64,000 nt of DNA, taken from the human T2T-CHM13v2.0 reference genome, Homo sapiens. Below are positions 44,701 through 60,300 of this stretch, one piece after another. The notes under the pieces were generated by a model, which was not told the origin of the DNA, searched no databases, and saw only the letters and a program-made list of their open reading frames with translations. The number at the start of each line of letters is the position of its first letter. Within the stretch, counting starts at the first letter, position 1. A program made the position numbers and the translations under genes. The stretch lies in the NCBI RefSeq assembly GCF_009914755.1, contig NC_060925.1. One strand, given 5' to 3'.

Positions 44701-47700
44701 TCATTGAATGGAATCGAATGGAATCATCGAGTGGAATCGAATGGAATTATGATCAAATGGAATCGAATGTAATCATCATCAAATGGAATCAAAAATAACC
44801 ATCATCAATTGGTATTGAATGGAATTGTCATCAAATGGAATTCAAAGGAATCATCATCAAATGGAACCGAATGGAATCCTCATTGAATGGAAATGAAAGC
44901 GGTCATCATCTACTGGAATCGCATGGAATCATCATCAAATGGAATCGAATGGAATCATCATCAAATGGAATCTAATGGAATCACTGAACAGAATTGATTG
45001 GAATCGTCATCGAATGAATTGAATGCAATCATCGAATGGTCTCGAATGGAATCATCTTCTATTGGAAAGGAATGGAATCATCGCATAGAATCGAATGGAA
45101 TTAACATTGAATGGACTCGAATGGAATCAACATCAAACGGAATCAAGCGGAATTATCGAATGGAATCGAAGAGAATCATCGAATGGACTCGAATGGAATC
45201 ATCTAATGGAATGAAATGGAATAATCCATGCACTCGAATGCAATCATCATCGAATGGAATCGAAAGGAATCATCGAATGGACTCAAATGGAATAATCATT
45301 GAACGGAATCGAATGGAATCATCATCAGATGGAAACGAATGGAATCATCATCGAATGGAAATGAAAGGAGTCATCATCTAATGGAATTGCATGGAATAAT
45401 CATAAAATGGAATCGAATGGAATCGACATCAAATGGAATCAAATGGAATCATTGAACGAAATTGAATGGAATCGTCGTCGAATGAATTGAATGCAATCAT
45501 CGAATGGTCTCGAATGGAATCATCTTCAAATGGAATGGAATGGAATCATCGCATAGAATCGAATGGAATTATCATCGAATGTTATCGAATGGTATCAACA
45601 ACAAACGGAACAAAACGGAATTATCGAATGGAATCGAAGAGAATCATCGAACGGACCCGAATGGAATCATCTAATGGAATGGAATGGAATAATCCATGGA
45701 CTCGAATGCAATCATCATCGAATGGAATCGAATGGAATCATCGAATGGACCCGAATGGAATAATCATTGAACGGAATCGAATGGAATCATCATCGGATGA
45801 TAACGAATGGAATCATCATCGAATGGAAATGAAAGGAGTCAACTAATAGAATTGCACGGAATCAACATAAAATGGAATCGAATGGAATCAACATCAAATG
45901 GAATCAAAAATAACCATCATCAATTGGTATTGAATGGAATTGTCATCAAATGGAATTCAAAGGAATCATCACCAAATGGAACCGAATGGATTCCTCATTG
46001 AATGGAAATGAAAGGGGTCATCATCTCATGGAATCGCATGGAATCATCATCCAATGGAATCGAATGGAATCATCATCAAATGGAATCTAATGGAATCATT
46101 GAACAGAATTGAATGGAATCGTCATCCAATGAATTGAATGCAATCATCTAATGGTCTCGAATGGAATCATCTTCTAATGGAAAGGAATGGAATCATGGCA
46201 TAGAATCGAATGGAATTAACATTGAATGGACTCGAATGGAATCAACATCAAACGGAATCAAGCGGAATTATCGAATGGAATCGAAGAGAATCATCGAATG
46301 GACTCGAATGGAATCATCTAATGGAATGGAATGGAATAATCAACGGACTCGAATGCAATCATCATCGTATAGAATCGAATGGAATCATCGAATGGACTCG
46401 AATGGAATAATCATTGAACAGAATCGAATGGAATCATCATCGGATGGAAACGAATGGAATCATCATCGAATGGAAATGAAAGGGGTCATCTAATGGAATT
46501 GCATGAAATCATCATCAAATGGAATCGAATGGAATCAACATCAAATGGAATCAAATGGAATCATTGAACGGAATTGAATGGAATCGTCATCGAATGAATT
46601 GAATGCAATCATCGAATGGTCTCGAATGGAATCATCTTCAAATGGAATGGAATGGAATCATCGCATGGAATCGAATGGAATTATCATCGAATGGAATCGA
46701 ATGGAATCAACATCAAACGGAATCAAGCGGAATTATCGAATGTAATCGAAGAGAACCATCGAATGGACTCGAATGGAATCATCTAATGGAATGGAATGGA
46801 ATAATCCCCGGACTCGAATGCAATCATCCTCGTATAGAATCGAATGCAATCATTGAATGGACTCGAATGGAATAATCATTGAACGGAATCGAATGGAATC
46901 ATCATCGGATGGAAACGAATGGAATCATCATCGAATGGAAATGAAAGGAGTCATCATCTAATGGAATTGCATGCAATCATCATAAAATGGAATCGAATGG
47001 AATCAACATCAAATGGAATCAAATGGAATCATTGAACGGAATTGAATGGAATCGTCATCGAATGAATTGAATGCAATCTTCCAATGGTCTCGAATGGAAT
47101 CATCTTCAAATGGAATGGAATGGAATCATCGCATAGAATCGAATGGAATTATCATCGAATGTTATCGAATGGTATCAACAACAAACGGAACAAAACGGAA
47201 TTATCGAATGGAATCGAAGAGAATCATCGAACGGACCCGAATGGAATCATCTAATGGAATGGAATGGAATAATCCATGGACTCGAATGCAATCATCATCG
47301 AATGGAATCGAATGGAATCATCGAATGGACTCGAAATGAATAATCATTGAACGGAATCGAATGGAATCATCATCGGATGGAAACGAATGGAATCATCATC
47401 GAATGGAAATGAAAGGAGTCATCATCTAATGGAATTGCATGGAATCACCGTAAAATGGAATCGAATGGAATCAACATCAAATGGAATCAAATGGAATCAT
47501 TGAACGGAATTGAATGGAATCTTCATCGAATGAATTGAATGCAATCATCGAATGGTCTCGAATGGAATCATCTTCAAATGGAATGGAATGGAATCATCGC
47601 ATAGAATCGAATGGAATTATCATCGAATGGAATCGAATGGAATCAACATCAAACTAAAAAATCGGAATTATCGTATGGAATCGAATGGAATCATCGAATG

Positions 47701-50700
47701 GACTCGAATGGAATAATCATCCAACGGAATCGAATGGAGTCATCATCAGATGGAAATGAATGGAATCATCATCGAATGGAATCGAATAGAATTATGGAAT
47801 GAAATCCAGTGTGATCATCATCGAATGGACCCGAATGGAATCATCATCCAACGGAAGCTAATGGAATCAACATCGAATGAATCGAATGGAAACACCATCG
47901 AATTGAAACGAATGGAATTATCATGAAATTGAAATGGATGGACTCATCATCGAATGGATTCGAATGGAATCATCGAATAAATTTGATTGAAATCATCATC
48001 AAATGGAATCGAATGGTATCATTGAATGGAATCGAATGGAATCATCATCAGATGGAAATGAATGGAATCGTCATAGAATGGAATCGAATGGATTCATTGA
48101 ATGGAATCAGATGGAATCATCGAATGGACTGGAATGGAATCATTGAATGGACTCGAAAGGGATCATTATTGAATGGAATTGAATGGAATCATCGAACGGT
48201 CTCGATTGGAATCATTATCAAATGGAATCGAATGGAATCACCGAATAGAATCGAATGGAACAATCATCGAATGGACTCAAATGGAATTACCCTCAAATGG
48301 AATCGAATGGAATTATCGAATGCACTCGAATGGAATTATCAAATGCATTCGAATAGAATCATCGAATGGACTCGAATGGAATCATCGAATGGAATGGAAT
48401 GGAACAGTGAATGAACTCGAATGGAATCATCATTGAATGGAATCGAATGGAATCATCGAGTGGAATCGAATGGAATTATGATCAAATGGAATCGAATGTA
48501 ATCATCAACAAATGGAATCAAAAATAACCATCATCAATTGGTATTGAATGGAATTGTCATCAAATGGAATTCAAAGGAATCATCATCAAATGGAACCGAA
48601 TGCAATCCTCATTGAATGGAAATGAAAGGGGTCATCATCTAATGGAATCGCATGGAATCATCATCCAATGGAATCGAATGGAATCATCATCAAATGGAAT
48701 CTAATGGAATCATTGAACAGAATTGAATGGAATCGTCATCGAATGAATTGAATGCAATCATCGAATGGTCTCGAATGGAATCATCTTCTAATGGAAAGGA
48801 ATGGAATCATCGCATAGAATCGAATGGAATTAACATTGAATGGACTCGAATGGAATCCACATCAAACGGAATCAAGCGGAATTATCGAATGTAATCGAAG
48901 AGAATCATCGAATGTACTCGAATGGAATCTTCTAATGGAATGGATTGGAATAATCCACGGACTCGAATGCAATCATCATCGTATAGAATCGAATGGAATC
49001 ATTGAATGGACTCAAATGGAATAATCATTGAACTTAATCGAATGGAATCATCATCGAATGGAAACGAATGGAATCATCATCGAATGGAAATGAAAGGAGT
49101 CATCATCTAATGGAATTTCATGGAATCATCATAAAATGGATTCGAATGGAATCAACATCAAATGGAATCAAATGGAATCATTGAACGGAATTGAATGGAA
49201 TCGTCATCGAATGAATTGAATGCAATCATCGAATGGTCTCGAATGGAATCATCTTCAAATGGAATGGAATGGAATCATCGCATAGAATCGAATGGAATTA
49301 TCATCGAATGGAATCGAATGGAATCAACATCAAACGGAAAAAAACGGAATTATCGAATGGAATCGAAGAGAATCATCGAATGGACCTGAATGGAATCATC
49401 TAATGGAATGGAATGGAATAATCCATGGACTCGAATGCAATCATCATCAAATGGAATCGAATGGAATCATCGAATGGACTCGAATGGAATAATCATTGAA
49501 CGGAATCGAATGGAATCATCATGGGATGGAAATGAATGGAATCATCATCGAATGGAATCGAATAGAATTATGGAATGAAATCCAGTGTGATCATCATCGA
49601 ATGGACCCGAATGGAATCATCATCCAACGGAAGCTAATGGAATCAACATCGAATGAATCGAATGGAAACACCATCGAATTGAAACGAATGGAATTATCAT
49701 GAAATTGAAATGGATGGACTCATCATCGAATGGATTCGAATGGAATCATCGAATAAAATTGATTGAAGTCATCATCAAATGGAATCGAATGGTATCATTG
49801 AATGGAATCGAATGGAATCATCATCAGATGGAAATGAATGGAATCGTCATAGAATGGAATCGAATGGATTCATTGAATGGAATCAGATGGAATCATCGAA
49901 TGGACTGGAATGGAATCATTGAATGGACTCGAAAGGGATCATTATTGAATGGAATTGAATGGAATCATCGAATGGTCTCGATTGGAATCATTATCAAATG
50001 GAATCGAATGGAATCACCGAATAGAATCGAATGGAACAATCATCGAATGGAGTCAAATGGAATTATCCTCAAATGGAATCGAATGGAATTATCGAATGCA
50101 ATCGAATGGAATTATCGAATGCAATCGAATAGAATCATCGAATGGACTCGAATGGAATCATCGAATGGAATGGAATGGAACAGTCAATGAACTCGAATGG
50201 AATCATCATTGAATGGAATCGAATGGAATCATCGAGTGGAATCGAATGGAAATATGATCAAATGGAATCGAACGTAATCATCATCAAATGGAATCAAAAA
50301 TAACCATCATCAATTGGTATTCAATGGAATTGTCATCAAATGGAATTCAAAGGAATCATCATCAAATGGAACCGAATGGAATCCTCATTGAATGGAAATG
50401 AAAGGGGTCATCATCTAATGGAATCCCATGGAATCATCATCAAATGGAATCGAATGGAATCATCATCAAATGGAATCTAATGGAATCATTGAAAAGAATT
50501 GAATGGAATCGTCATCGAATGAATTGAATACAATCATCGAATGGTCTCGAATGCAATCATCTTCTAATGGAAAGGAATGGAATCATCGCATAGATTCGAA
50601 TGGAATTAACATTGAATGGACTCGAATGGAATCAACATCAAACGGAATCAAGCGGAATTATCGAATGTAATCGAAGAGAACCATCGAATGGACTCGAATG

Positions 50701-53700
50701 GAATCATCTAATGGAATGGAATGGAATAATCCATGGACCCGAATGCAATCATCATCGTATAGAATCGAAAGGAATCATCGAATGGACTCGAATGGAATAA
50801 TCATCGAACGGAATCGAATGGAATCATCATCGAATGGAAACGAATGGAATCATCATCGAATGGAATCGAATAGTATTATGGAATGAAATCCAGTGTCGTC
50901 ATCATCGTATGGACCCGAATGGAATCATCATCCAACGGAAGCTAATGGAATCAACATCGAATGAATCGAATGGAAACACCATCGAATTGAAACGAGTGGA
51001 ATTATCATGAAATTGAAATGGATGGACTCATCATCGAATGGATTCGAATGGAATCATCGAATAAAATTGATTGAAATCATCATCAAATGGAATCGAATGG
51101 TATCATTGAATGGAATCGAATGGAATCATCATCAGATGGAAATGAATGGAATCGTCATAGAATGGAATCGAATGGATTCATTGAATGGAATCAGATGGAA
51201 TCTTCGAATGGACTGGAATGGAATCATTGAATGGACTCGAAAGGGATCATTATTGAATGGAATTGAATGCAATCATCGAATGGTCTCGATTGGAATCATT
51301 ATCAAATGGAATCGAATGGAATCACCGAATAGAATCGAATGGAACAATCATCGAATGGACTCAAATGAAATTATCCTCAAGTGGAATCGAATGGAATTAT
51401 CGAATGCAATCGAATAGAATCATCGAATGGACTCGAATGGAATCATCGAATGGAATGGAATGGAACAGTCAATGAACTCGAATGGAATCATCATTGAATG
51501 GAATCGAATGGAATCATCGAGTGGAATCGAATGGAATTATGATCAAATGGAATCGAATGTAATCATCAACAAATGGAATCAAAGATAACCATCATCAATT
51601 GGTATTGAATGGAATTGTCATCAAATGGAATTCAAAGGAATCATCACCAAATGGAACCGAATGGAATCCTCATTGAATGGAAATGAAACGGGTCATCATC
51701 TAATGGAATCGCATGGAATCATCATCAAATGGAATCGAATGGAATCATCATCAAATGGAATCTAATGGAATCATTGAACAGAATTGAATGGAATCGTCAT
51801 CGAATGAATTGAATGCAATCATCGAATGGTCTCGAATGGAATCATCTTCTAATGGAAAGGAATGGAATCATCGCATAGAATCGAATGGAATTAACATTGA
51901 ATGGACTCGAATGGAATCAACATCAAACGGAATCAAGCGGAATTATCAAATGGAATCGAAGAGAATCATCGAATGGACTCGAATGGAATCATCTAATGGA
52001 ATGGAATGGAATAATCCACGGACTCGAATGCAATCATCATCGTATAGAATCGAATGGAATCATCGAATGGACTCGAATGGATTAATCATTGAACGGAATC
52101 AAATGGAATCATCATCGAATGGAAACGAATGGAATCATCATCGAATGGAAATGAAAAGAGTCATCATCTAATGGAATTGCATGGAATCATCATAAAATGG
52201 AATCGAATGGAATCAACATCAAATGGAATCAAATGGAATCATTGAACGGAATTGAATGGAATCGTCATCGAATGAATTGAATGCAATCATCGAATGGTCT
52301 CGAATGGAATCATCTTCTAATGGAAAGGAAAGGAATCATCGCATAGAATCGAATGGAATTAAAATTGAATGGACTCGAATGGAATCAACATCAAACGGAA
52401 TAAAACGGAATTATCGAATGTAATCGAAGAGAATCATCGAATGGACCCGAATGTAATCATCTAATGGAATGGAATGGAATAATCCATGGACTCGAATGCA
52501 ATCATCATCGAATGGACACGAATGGAATAATCATTGAACGGAATCGAATGGAATCATCATCGGATGGAAACGAATGGAATCATCATCGAATGGAAATGAA
52601 AGGAGTCATGTAATGGAATTGCATGGAATCATCATAAAATGGAATCGAATGGAATCAACATCAAATGGAATCAAATGGAATCATTGAACGGAAATGAATG
52701 GAATCGTCATCGAATGAATTGACTGCAATCATCGAATGGTCTCGAATGGAATCATCTTCAAATGGAATGGAATGGAATCATCGCATAGAATCGAATGCAA
52801 TTATCACCGAATGGAATCCAATGGAATCAACATCCAACGGAAAAAAACAGAATTATCGTATGGAATCGAAGAGAATCATCGAATGGACAAGAATGGAATC
52901 ATCTAATGGAATGGAATGGAATAATCCATGGACTCGAATGCAATCATCATCGAATGGAATCGAATGGAATCATCGAATGGACTCGAATGGAATAATCATT
53001 GAACGGAATCGAATGGAATCATCATCGGATGGAAATGAATGGAATCATCATCGAATGGAATCGAATAGAATTATGGAATGAAATCCAGTGTGATCATCAT
53101 CGAATGGACCCGAATGGAATCATCATCCAACGGAAGCTAATGGAATCAACATCGAATGAATCGAATGGAAACACCATCGAATTGAAACGAATGGAATTAT
53201 CATGAAATTGAAATGGATGGACTCATCATCGAATGGATTCGAATGGAATCATCGAATAAAATTGATTGAAATCATCATCGAATGGAATCGAATGGTATCA
53301 TTGAATGGAATTGAATGGAATCATCATCAGAAGGAAATGAATGGAATCGTCATAGAATGGAATCGAATGGATTCATTGAATGGAATCAGATGGAATCATC
53401 GAATGGACTGGAATGGAATCATTGAATGGACTCGAAAGGGATCATTATTGAATGGAATTGAATGGAATCATCGAATGGTCTCGATTGGAATCATTACCTA
53501 ATGGAATCGAATGGAATCACCGAATAGAATCGCATGGAACAATCATCGAATGGACTCAAATGGAATTATCCTCAAATGGAAACGAATGGAATTATCGAAT
53601 GCAATCGAATGGAATTATCGAATGCAATCGAATAGAATCATCGAAAGGACTCGAATGGAATCATCGAATGGAATGGAATGGAACAGTCAATGAACTCGAA

Positions 53701-54330
53701 TGGAATCATCATTGAATGGAATCGAATGGAATCATCGAGTGGAATCGAATGGAATTATGATCAAATGGAATCGAATGTAATCATCATCAAATGGAATCAA
53801 AAATAACCATCATCAATTGGTATTGAATGGAATTGTCATCAAATGGAATTCAAAGGAATCATCATGAAATGGAACCGAATGGAATCCTCATTGAATGGAA
53901 ATGAAAGGGGTCATCATCTAATGGAATCGCATGGAATCATCATCAAATGGAATCGAATGGAATCATCATCAAATGGAATCTAATGGAATCATTGAACAGA
54001 ATTGAATGGAATCGTCATCGAATGAATTGAATGCAATCATCGAATGGTCTCGAATGGAATCATCTTCTAATGGAAAGGAATGGAATCATCGCATAGAATC
54101 GAATGGAATTATCATCAATTGGAATCGAATGGTATCAACACCAAACGGAAAAAAACGGAATTATCGAATGGAATCGAAGAGAATCTTCGAACGGACCCGA
54201 ATGGAATCATCTAATGGAATGGAATGGAATAATCCATGGACTCGAATGCAATCATCATCGAATGGAATCGAATGGAATCATCGAATGGACTCGAATGGAA
54301 TAATCATTGAACGGAATCGAATGGAATCAT
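27820..54330. repeat. Tandem duplication of ~13.5 kb: copy 1 ~27,820-41,305, copy 2 ~41,305-54,330 (copy 2 lacks one 465-bp module)
   Basis: Pseudo-ORFs recur with near-identical variants at offset 13,487 (27798 to 41285 through 33559 to 47046), then at 13,022 (34589 to 47611 through 40984 to 54006). The unit-length series 2241, 4194, 1776, 1308, 2195 repeats as 2241, 3729, 1776, 1308, 2195. Confidence 0.93.
32519..34757. repeat. Local expansion of five tandem 468-bp modules (four in the duplicate at 46,006-47,779)
   Basis: No core landmark lies in this span. Its length is 2,239 = 5 x 468 - 95 - 6, and the duplicate is 1,774 = 4 x 468 - 95 - 3. Confidence 0.88.
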
Positions 54331-57300
54331 CATCGGATGGAAACGAATGGAATCATCATCGAATGGAAATGAAAGGAGTCATCATCTAATGGAATTGCAT
54401 GGAATCATCATAAAATGGAATCGAATGGAATCAACATCAAATGGAATCAAATGGAATCATTGAACGGAATTGAATGGAATCGTCATCGAATGAATTGACT
54501 ACAATCATCGAATGGTCTCGAATGGAATCATCTTCAAATGGAATGGAATGGAAACATCGCATAGAATCGAATGGAATTATCATCGAATGGAATCGAATGG
54601 AATCAACATCAAACGGAAAAAAACGGAATTATCGAATGGAATCGAAGAGAATCATCGAATGGACCCGAATGGAATCATCTAATGGAATGGAATGGAATAA
54701 TCCATGGACTCGAATGCAATCATCATCGAATGGAATCGAATGGAATCATCGAATGGACTCGAATGGAATAATCATTGAACGGAATCGATTGGAATCATCA
54801 TCGGATGGAAATGAATGGAATCATCATCGAATGGAATCGAATAGAATTATGGAATGAAATCCAGTGTGATCATCATCGAATGGACCCGAATGGAATCATC
54901 ATCCAACGGAAGCTAATGGAATCAACATCGAATGAATCGAATGGAAACACCATCGAATTGAAACGAATGGAATTATCATGAAATTGAAATGGATGGACTC
55001 ATCATCGAATGGATTCGAATGGAATCATCGAATAAAATTGATTGAAATCATCATCCAATGGAATCGAATGGTATCATTGAATGGAATCGAAAGGAATCAT
55101 CATCAGATGGAAATGAATGGAATCGTCATAGAATGGAATCGAATGGATTCATTGAATGGAATCAGATGGAATCATCGAATGGACTGGAATGGAATCATTG
55201 AATGGACTCGAAAGGGATCATGATTGAATGGAATTGAATGGAATCATCGAATGGTCTCGATTGGAATCATTATCAAATGGAATCGAATGGAATCACTGAA
55301 TAGAATCGAATGGAACAATCATCGAACGGACTCCAATGGAATTATCCTCCAATGGAATCGAATGGAATTATCGAATGCAATCGAATGGAATTATCGAATG
55401 CAATCGAATAGAATCATCGAATGGACTCGAATGGAATCATCGAATGGAATGGAATGGAACAGTCAATGAACTCGAATGGAATCATCATTGAATGGAATCG
55501 AATGGAATCATCGAGTGGAATCGAATGGAAATATGATCAAATGGAATTGAATATAATCATCATCAAATGGAATCAAAAATAACCATCATCAATTGGTATT
55601 GAATGGAATTCTCATCAAATGGAATTCAAAGGAAACATCATCAAATGGAACTGAATGGAATCCTCATTGAATGGAAATGAAAGGGGTCATCATCTAATGG
55701 AATCGCATGGAATCATCATCAAATGGAATCGAATGGAATCATCATCAAATGGAATCTGATGGAATCATTGAACAGAATTGAATGGAATCGTCATCGAATG
55801 AATTGAATGCAATCATCGAATGGTCTCGAATGGAATCACATTCTAATGGAAAGGAATGGAATCATCGCATAGAATCGAATGGAATTATCATCGAATGGAA
55901 TCGAATGGTATCAACACCAAACGGAAAAAAACGGAATTATCGAATGGAATCGAAGAGAATCTTCGAACGGACACGAATGGAATCATCTAATGGAATGGAA
56001 TGGAATAATCCATGGACTCGAATGCAATCATCATCGAATGGAATCGAATGGAATCATCGAATGGACTCGAATGGAATAATCCTTGAACGGAATCGAATGG
56101 AATCATCATCGGATGGAAACGAATGGAATCATCATCGAATGGAAATGAAAGGAGTCATCATCTAATGGAATTGCATGGAATCATCATAAAATGGAATCGA
56201 ATGGAATCAACATCAAATGGAATCAAATGGAATCATTGAACGGAATTGAATGGAATCGTCATCGAATGAATTGACTGCAATCATCGAATGGTCTCGAATG
56301 GAATCATCTTCAAATGGAATGGAATGGAATCATCGCAGAGAATCGAATGGAATTATCATCGAATGGAATCGAATGGAATCAACATCAAACGGAAAAAAAC
56401 GGAATTATCGAATGGAATCGAAGAGAATCATCGAATGGACCCGAATGGAATCATCTAATGGAATGGAATGGAATAATCCATGGACTCGAATGCTATCATC
56501 ATCGAATGGAATCGAATGGAATCATCGAATGGACTCGAATGGAATAATCATTGAACGGAATCGAATGGAATCATCATCGGATGGAAATGAATGGAATCAT
56601 CATCGAATGGAATCGAATAGAATTATGGAATGAAATCCAGTGTGATCATCATCGAATGGACCCGAATGGAATCATCATCCAACGGAAGCTAATGGAATCA
56701 ACATCGAATGAAACAAATGGAAACACCATCGCATTGAAACGAATGGAATTACCATGAAATTGAAATGGATGGACTCATCATCAAATGGATTCGAGTGGAA
56801 TCATCGAATAAAATTGATTGAAATCATCATCGAATGGAATCGAATGGTATCATTGAATGGAATCGAATGGAATCATCATCAGATGGAAATGAAAGGAATC
56901 GTCATAGAATGGAATCGAATGGATTCATTGAATGGAATCAGATGGAATCATTGAATGGACTGGAATGGAATCATTGAATGGACTCGAAAGGGATCATGAT
57001 TGAAGGGAATTGAATGGAATCATCGAATGGTCTCGATTGGAATCATTATCAAATGGAATCGAATGGAATCACCGAATAGAATCGAATGGAACAATCATCG
57101 AATGTACTCAAATGGAATTATCCTCAAATGGAATCGAATGGAATTATCGAATGCAATAGAATGGAATTATCGAATGCAATCGAATAGAATCATCGAATGG
57201 ACTCGAATGGAATCATCGAATGGAATGGAATGGAACAGTCAATGAACTCGAATGGAATCATCATTGAATGGAATCGAATGGAATCATCGAGTGGAATCGA

Positions 57301-60300
57301 ATGGAATTATGATCAAATGGAATAGAATGTAATCATCATCAAATGGAATCAAAAATAACCATCATCAATTGGTATTGAATGGAATTGTCATCAAATGGAA
57401 TTCAAAGGAATCATCATCAAATGGAACCGAATGGAATCCTCATTGAATGGAAATGAAAGGGGTCATCATCTAATGGAATCGCATGGAATCATCATTAAAA
57501 GGAATCGAATGGAATCATCATCAAATGGAATCTAATGGAATCATTGAACAGAATTGAATGGAATCGTCATCGAATGAATTGAATGCAATCATCGAATGGT
57601 CTCGAATGGAATCATCTTCTAATGGAAAGGAAAGGAATCATCGCATAGAATCGAATGGAATTAAAATTGAATGGACTCGAATGGAATCAACATCAAACGG
57701 AATAAAACGGAATTATCGAATGTAATCGAAGAGAATCATCGAATGGACCCGAATGTAATCATCTAATGGAATGGAATGGAATAATCCATGGACTCGAATG
57801 CAATCATCATCGAATGGACACGAATGGAATAATCATTGAACGGAATCGAATGGAATCATCATCGGATGCAAACGAATGGAATCATCATCGAATGGAAATG
57901 AAAGGAGTCATGTAATGGAATTGCATGGAATCATCATAAAATGGAATCGAATGGAATCAACATCAAATGGAATCAAATGGAATCATTGAACGGAAATGAA
58001 TGGAATCGTCATCGAATGAATTGACTGCAATCATCGAATGGTCTCGAATGGAATCATCTTCAAATGGAATGGAATGGAATCATCGCATAGAATCGAATGC
58101 AATTATCACCGAATGGAATCCAATGGAATCAACATCCAACGGAAAAAAACAGGATTATCGTATGGAATCGAAGAGAATCATCGAATGGACAAGAATGGAA
58201 TCATCTAATGGAATGGAATGGAATAATCCATGGACTCGAATGCAATCATCATCGAATGGAATCGAATGGAATCATCGAATGGACTCGAATGGAATAATCA
58301 TTGAACGGAATCGAATGGAATCATCATCGGATGGAAATGAATGGAATCATCATCGAATGGAATCGAATAGAATTATGGAATGAAATCCAGTGTGATCATC
58401 ATCGAATGGACCCGAATGGAATCATCATCCAACGGAAGCTAATGGAATCAACATCGAATGAATCGAATGGAAACACCATCGAATTGAAACGAATGGAATT
58501 ATCATGAAATTGAAATGGATGGACTCATCATCGAATGGATTCGAATGGAATCATCGAATAAAATTGATTGAAATCATCATCGAATGGAATCGAATGGTAT
58601 CATTGAATGGAATTGAATGGAATCATCATCAGATGGAAATGAATGGAATCGTCATAGAATGGAATCGAATGGATTCATTGAATGGAATCAGATGGAATCA
58701 TCGAATGGACTGGAATGGAATCATTGAATGGACTCGAAAGGGATCATTATTGAATGGAATTGAATGGAATCATCGAATGGTCTCGATTGGAATCATTACT
58801 TAATGGAATCGAATGGAATCACCGAATAGAATCGAATGGAACAATCATCGAATGGACTCAAATGGAATTATCCTCAAATGGAATCGAATGGAATTATCGA
58901 ATGCAATCGAATGGAATTATCGAATGCAATCGAATAGAATCATCGAAAGGACTCGAATGGAATCATCGAATGGAATGGAATGGAACAGTCAATGAACTCG
59001 AATGGAATCATCATTGAATGGAATCGAATGGAATCATCGAGTGGAATCGAATGGAATTATGATCAAATGGAATCGAATGTAATCATCATCAAATGGAATC
59101 AAAAATAACCATCATCAATTGGTATTGAATGGAATTGTCATCAAATGGAATTCAAAGGAATCATCATGAAATGGAACCGAATGGAATCCTCATTGAATGG
59201 AAATGAAAGGGGTCATCATCTAATGGAATCGCATGGAATCATCATCAAATGGAATCGAATGGAATCATCATCAAATGGAATCTAATGGAATCATTGAACA
59301 GAATTGAATGGAATCGTCATCGAATGAATTGAATGCAATCATCGAATGGTCTCGAATGGAATCATCTTCTAATGGAAAGGAATGGAATCATCGCATAGAA
59401 TCGAATGGAATTATCATCGATTGGAATCGAATGGTATCAACACCAAACGGAAAAAAACGGAATTATCGAATGGAATCGAAGAGAATCTTCGAACGGACCC
59501 GAATGGAATCATCTAATGGAATGGAATGGAATAATCCATGGACTCGAATGCAATCATCATCGAATGGAATCGAATGGAATCATCGAATGGACTCGAATGG
59601 AATAATCATTGAACGGAATCGAATGGAATCATCATCGGATGGAAACGAATGGAATCATCATCGAATGGAAATGAAAGGAGTCATCATCTAATGGAATTGC
59701 ATGGAATCATCATAAAATGGAATCGAATGGAATCAACATCAAATGGAATCAAATGGAATCATTGAACGGAATTGAATGGAATCGTCATCGAATGAATTGA
59801 CTACAATCATCGAATGGTCTCGAATGGAATCATCTTCAAATGGAATGGAATGGAAACATCGCATAGAATCGAATGGAATTATCATCGAATGGAATCGAAT
59901 GGAATCAACATCAAACGGAAAAAAACGGAATTATCGAATGGAATCGAAGAGAATCATCGAATGGACCCGAATGGAATCATCTAATGGAATGGAATGGAAT
60001 AATCCATGGACTCGAATGCAATCATCATCGAATGGAATCGAATGGAATCATCGAATGGACTCGAATGGAATAATCATTGAACGGAATCGATTGGAATCAT
60101 CATCGGATGGAAATGAATGGAATCATCATCGAATGGAATCGAATAGAATTATGGAATGAAATCCAGTGTGATCATCATCGAATGGACCCGAATGGAATCA
60201 TCATCCAACGGAAGCTAATGGAATCAACATCGAATGAAACAAATGGAAACACCATCGAATTGAAACGAATGGAATTACCATGAAATTGAAATGGATGGAC

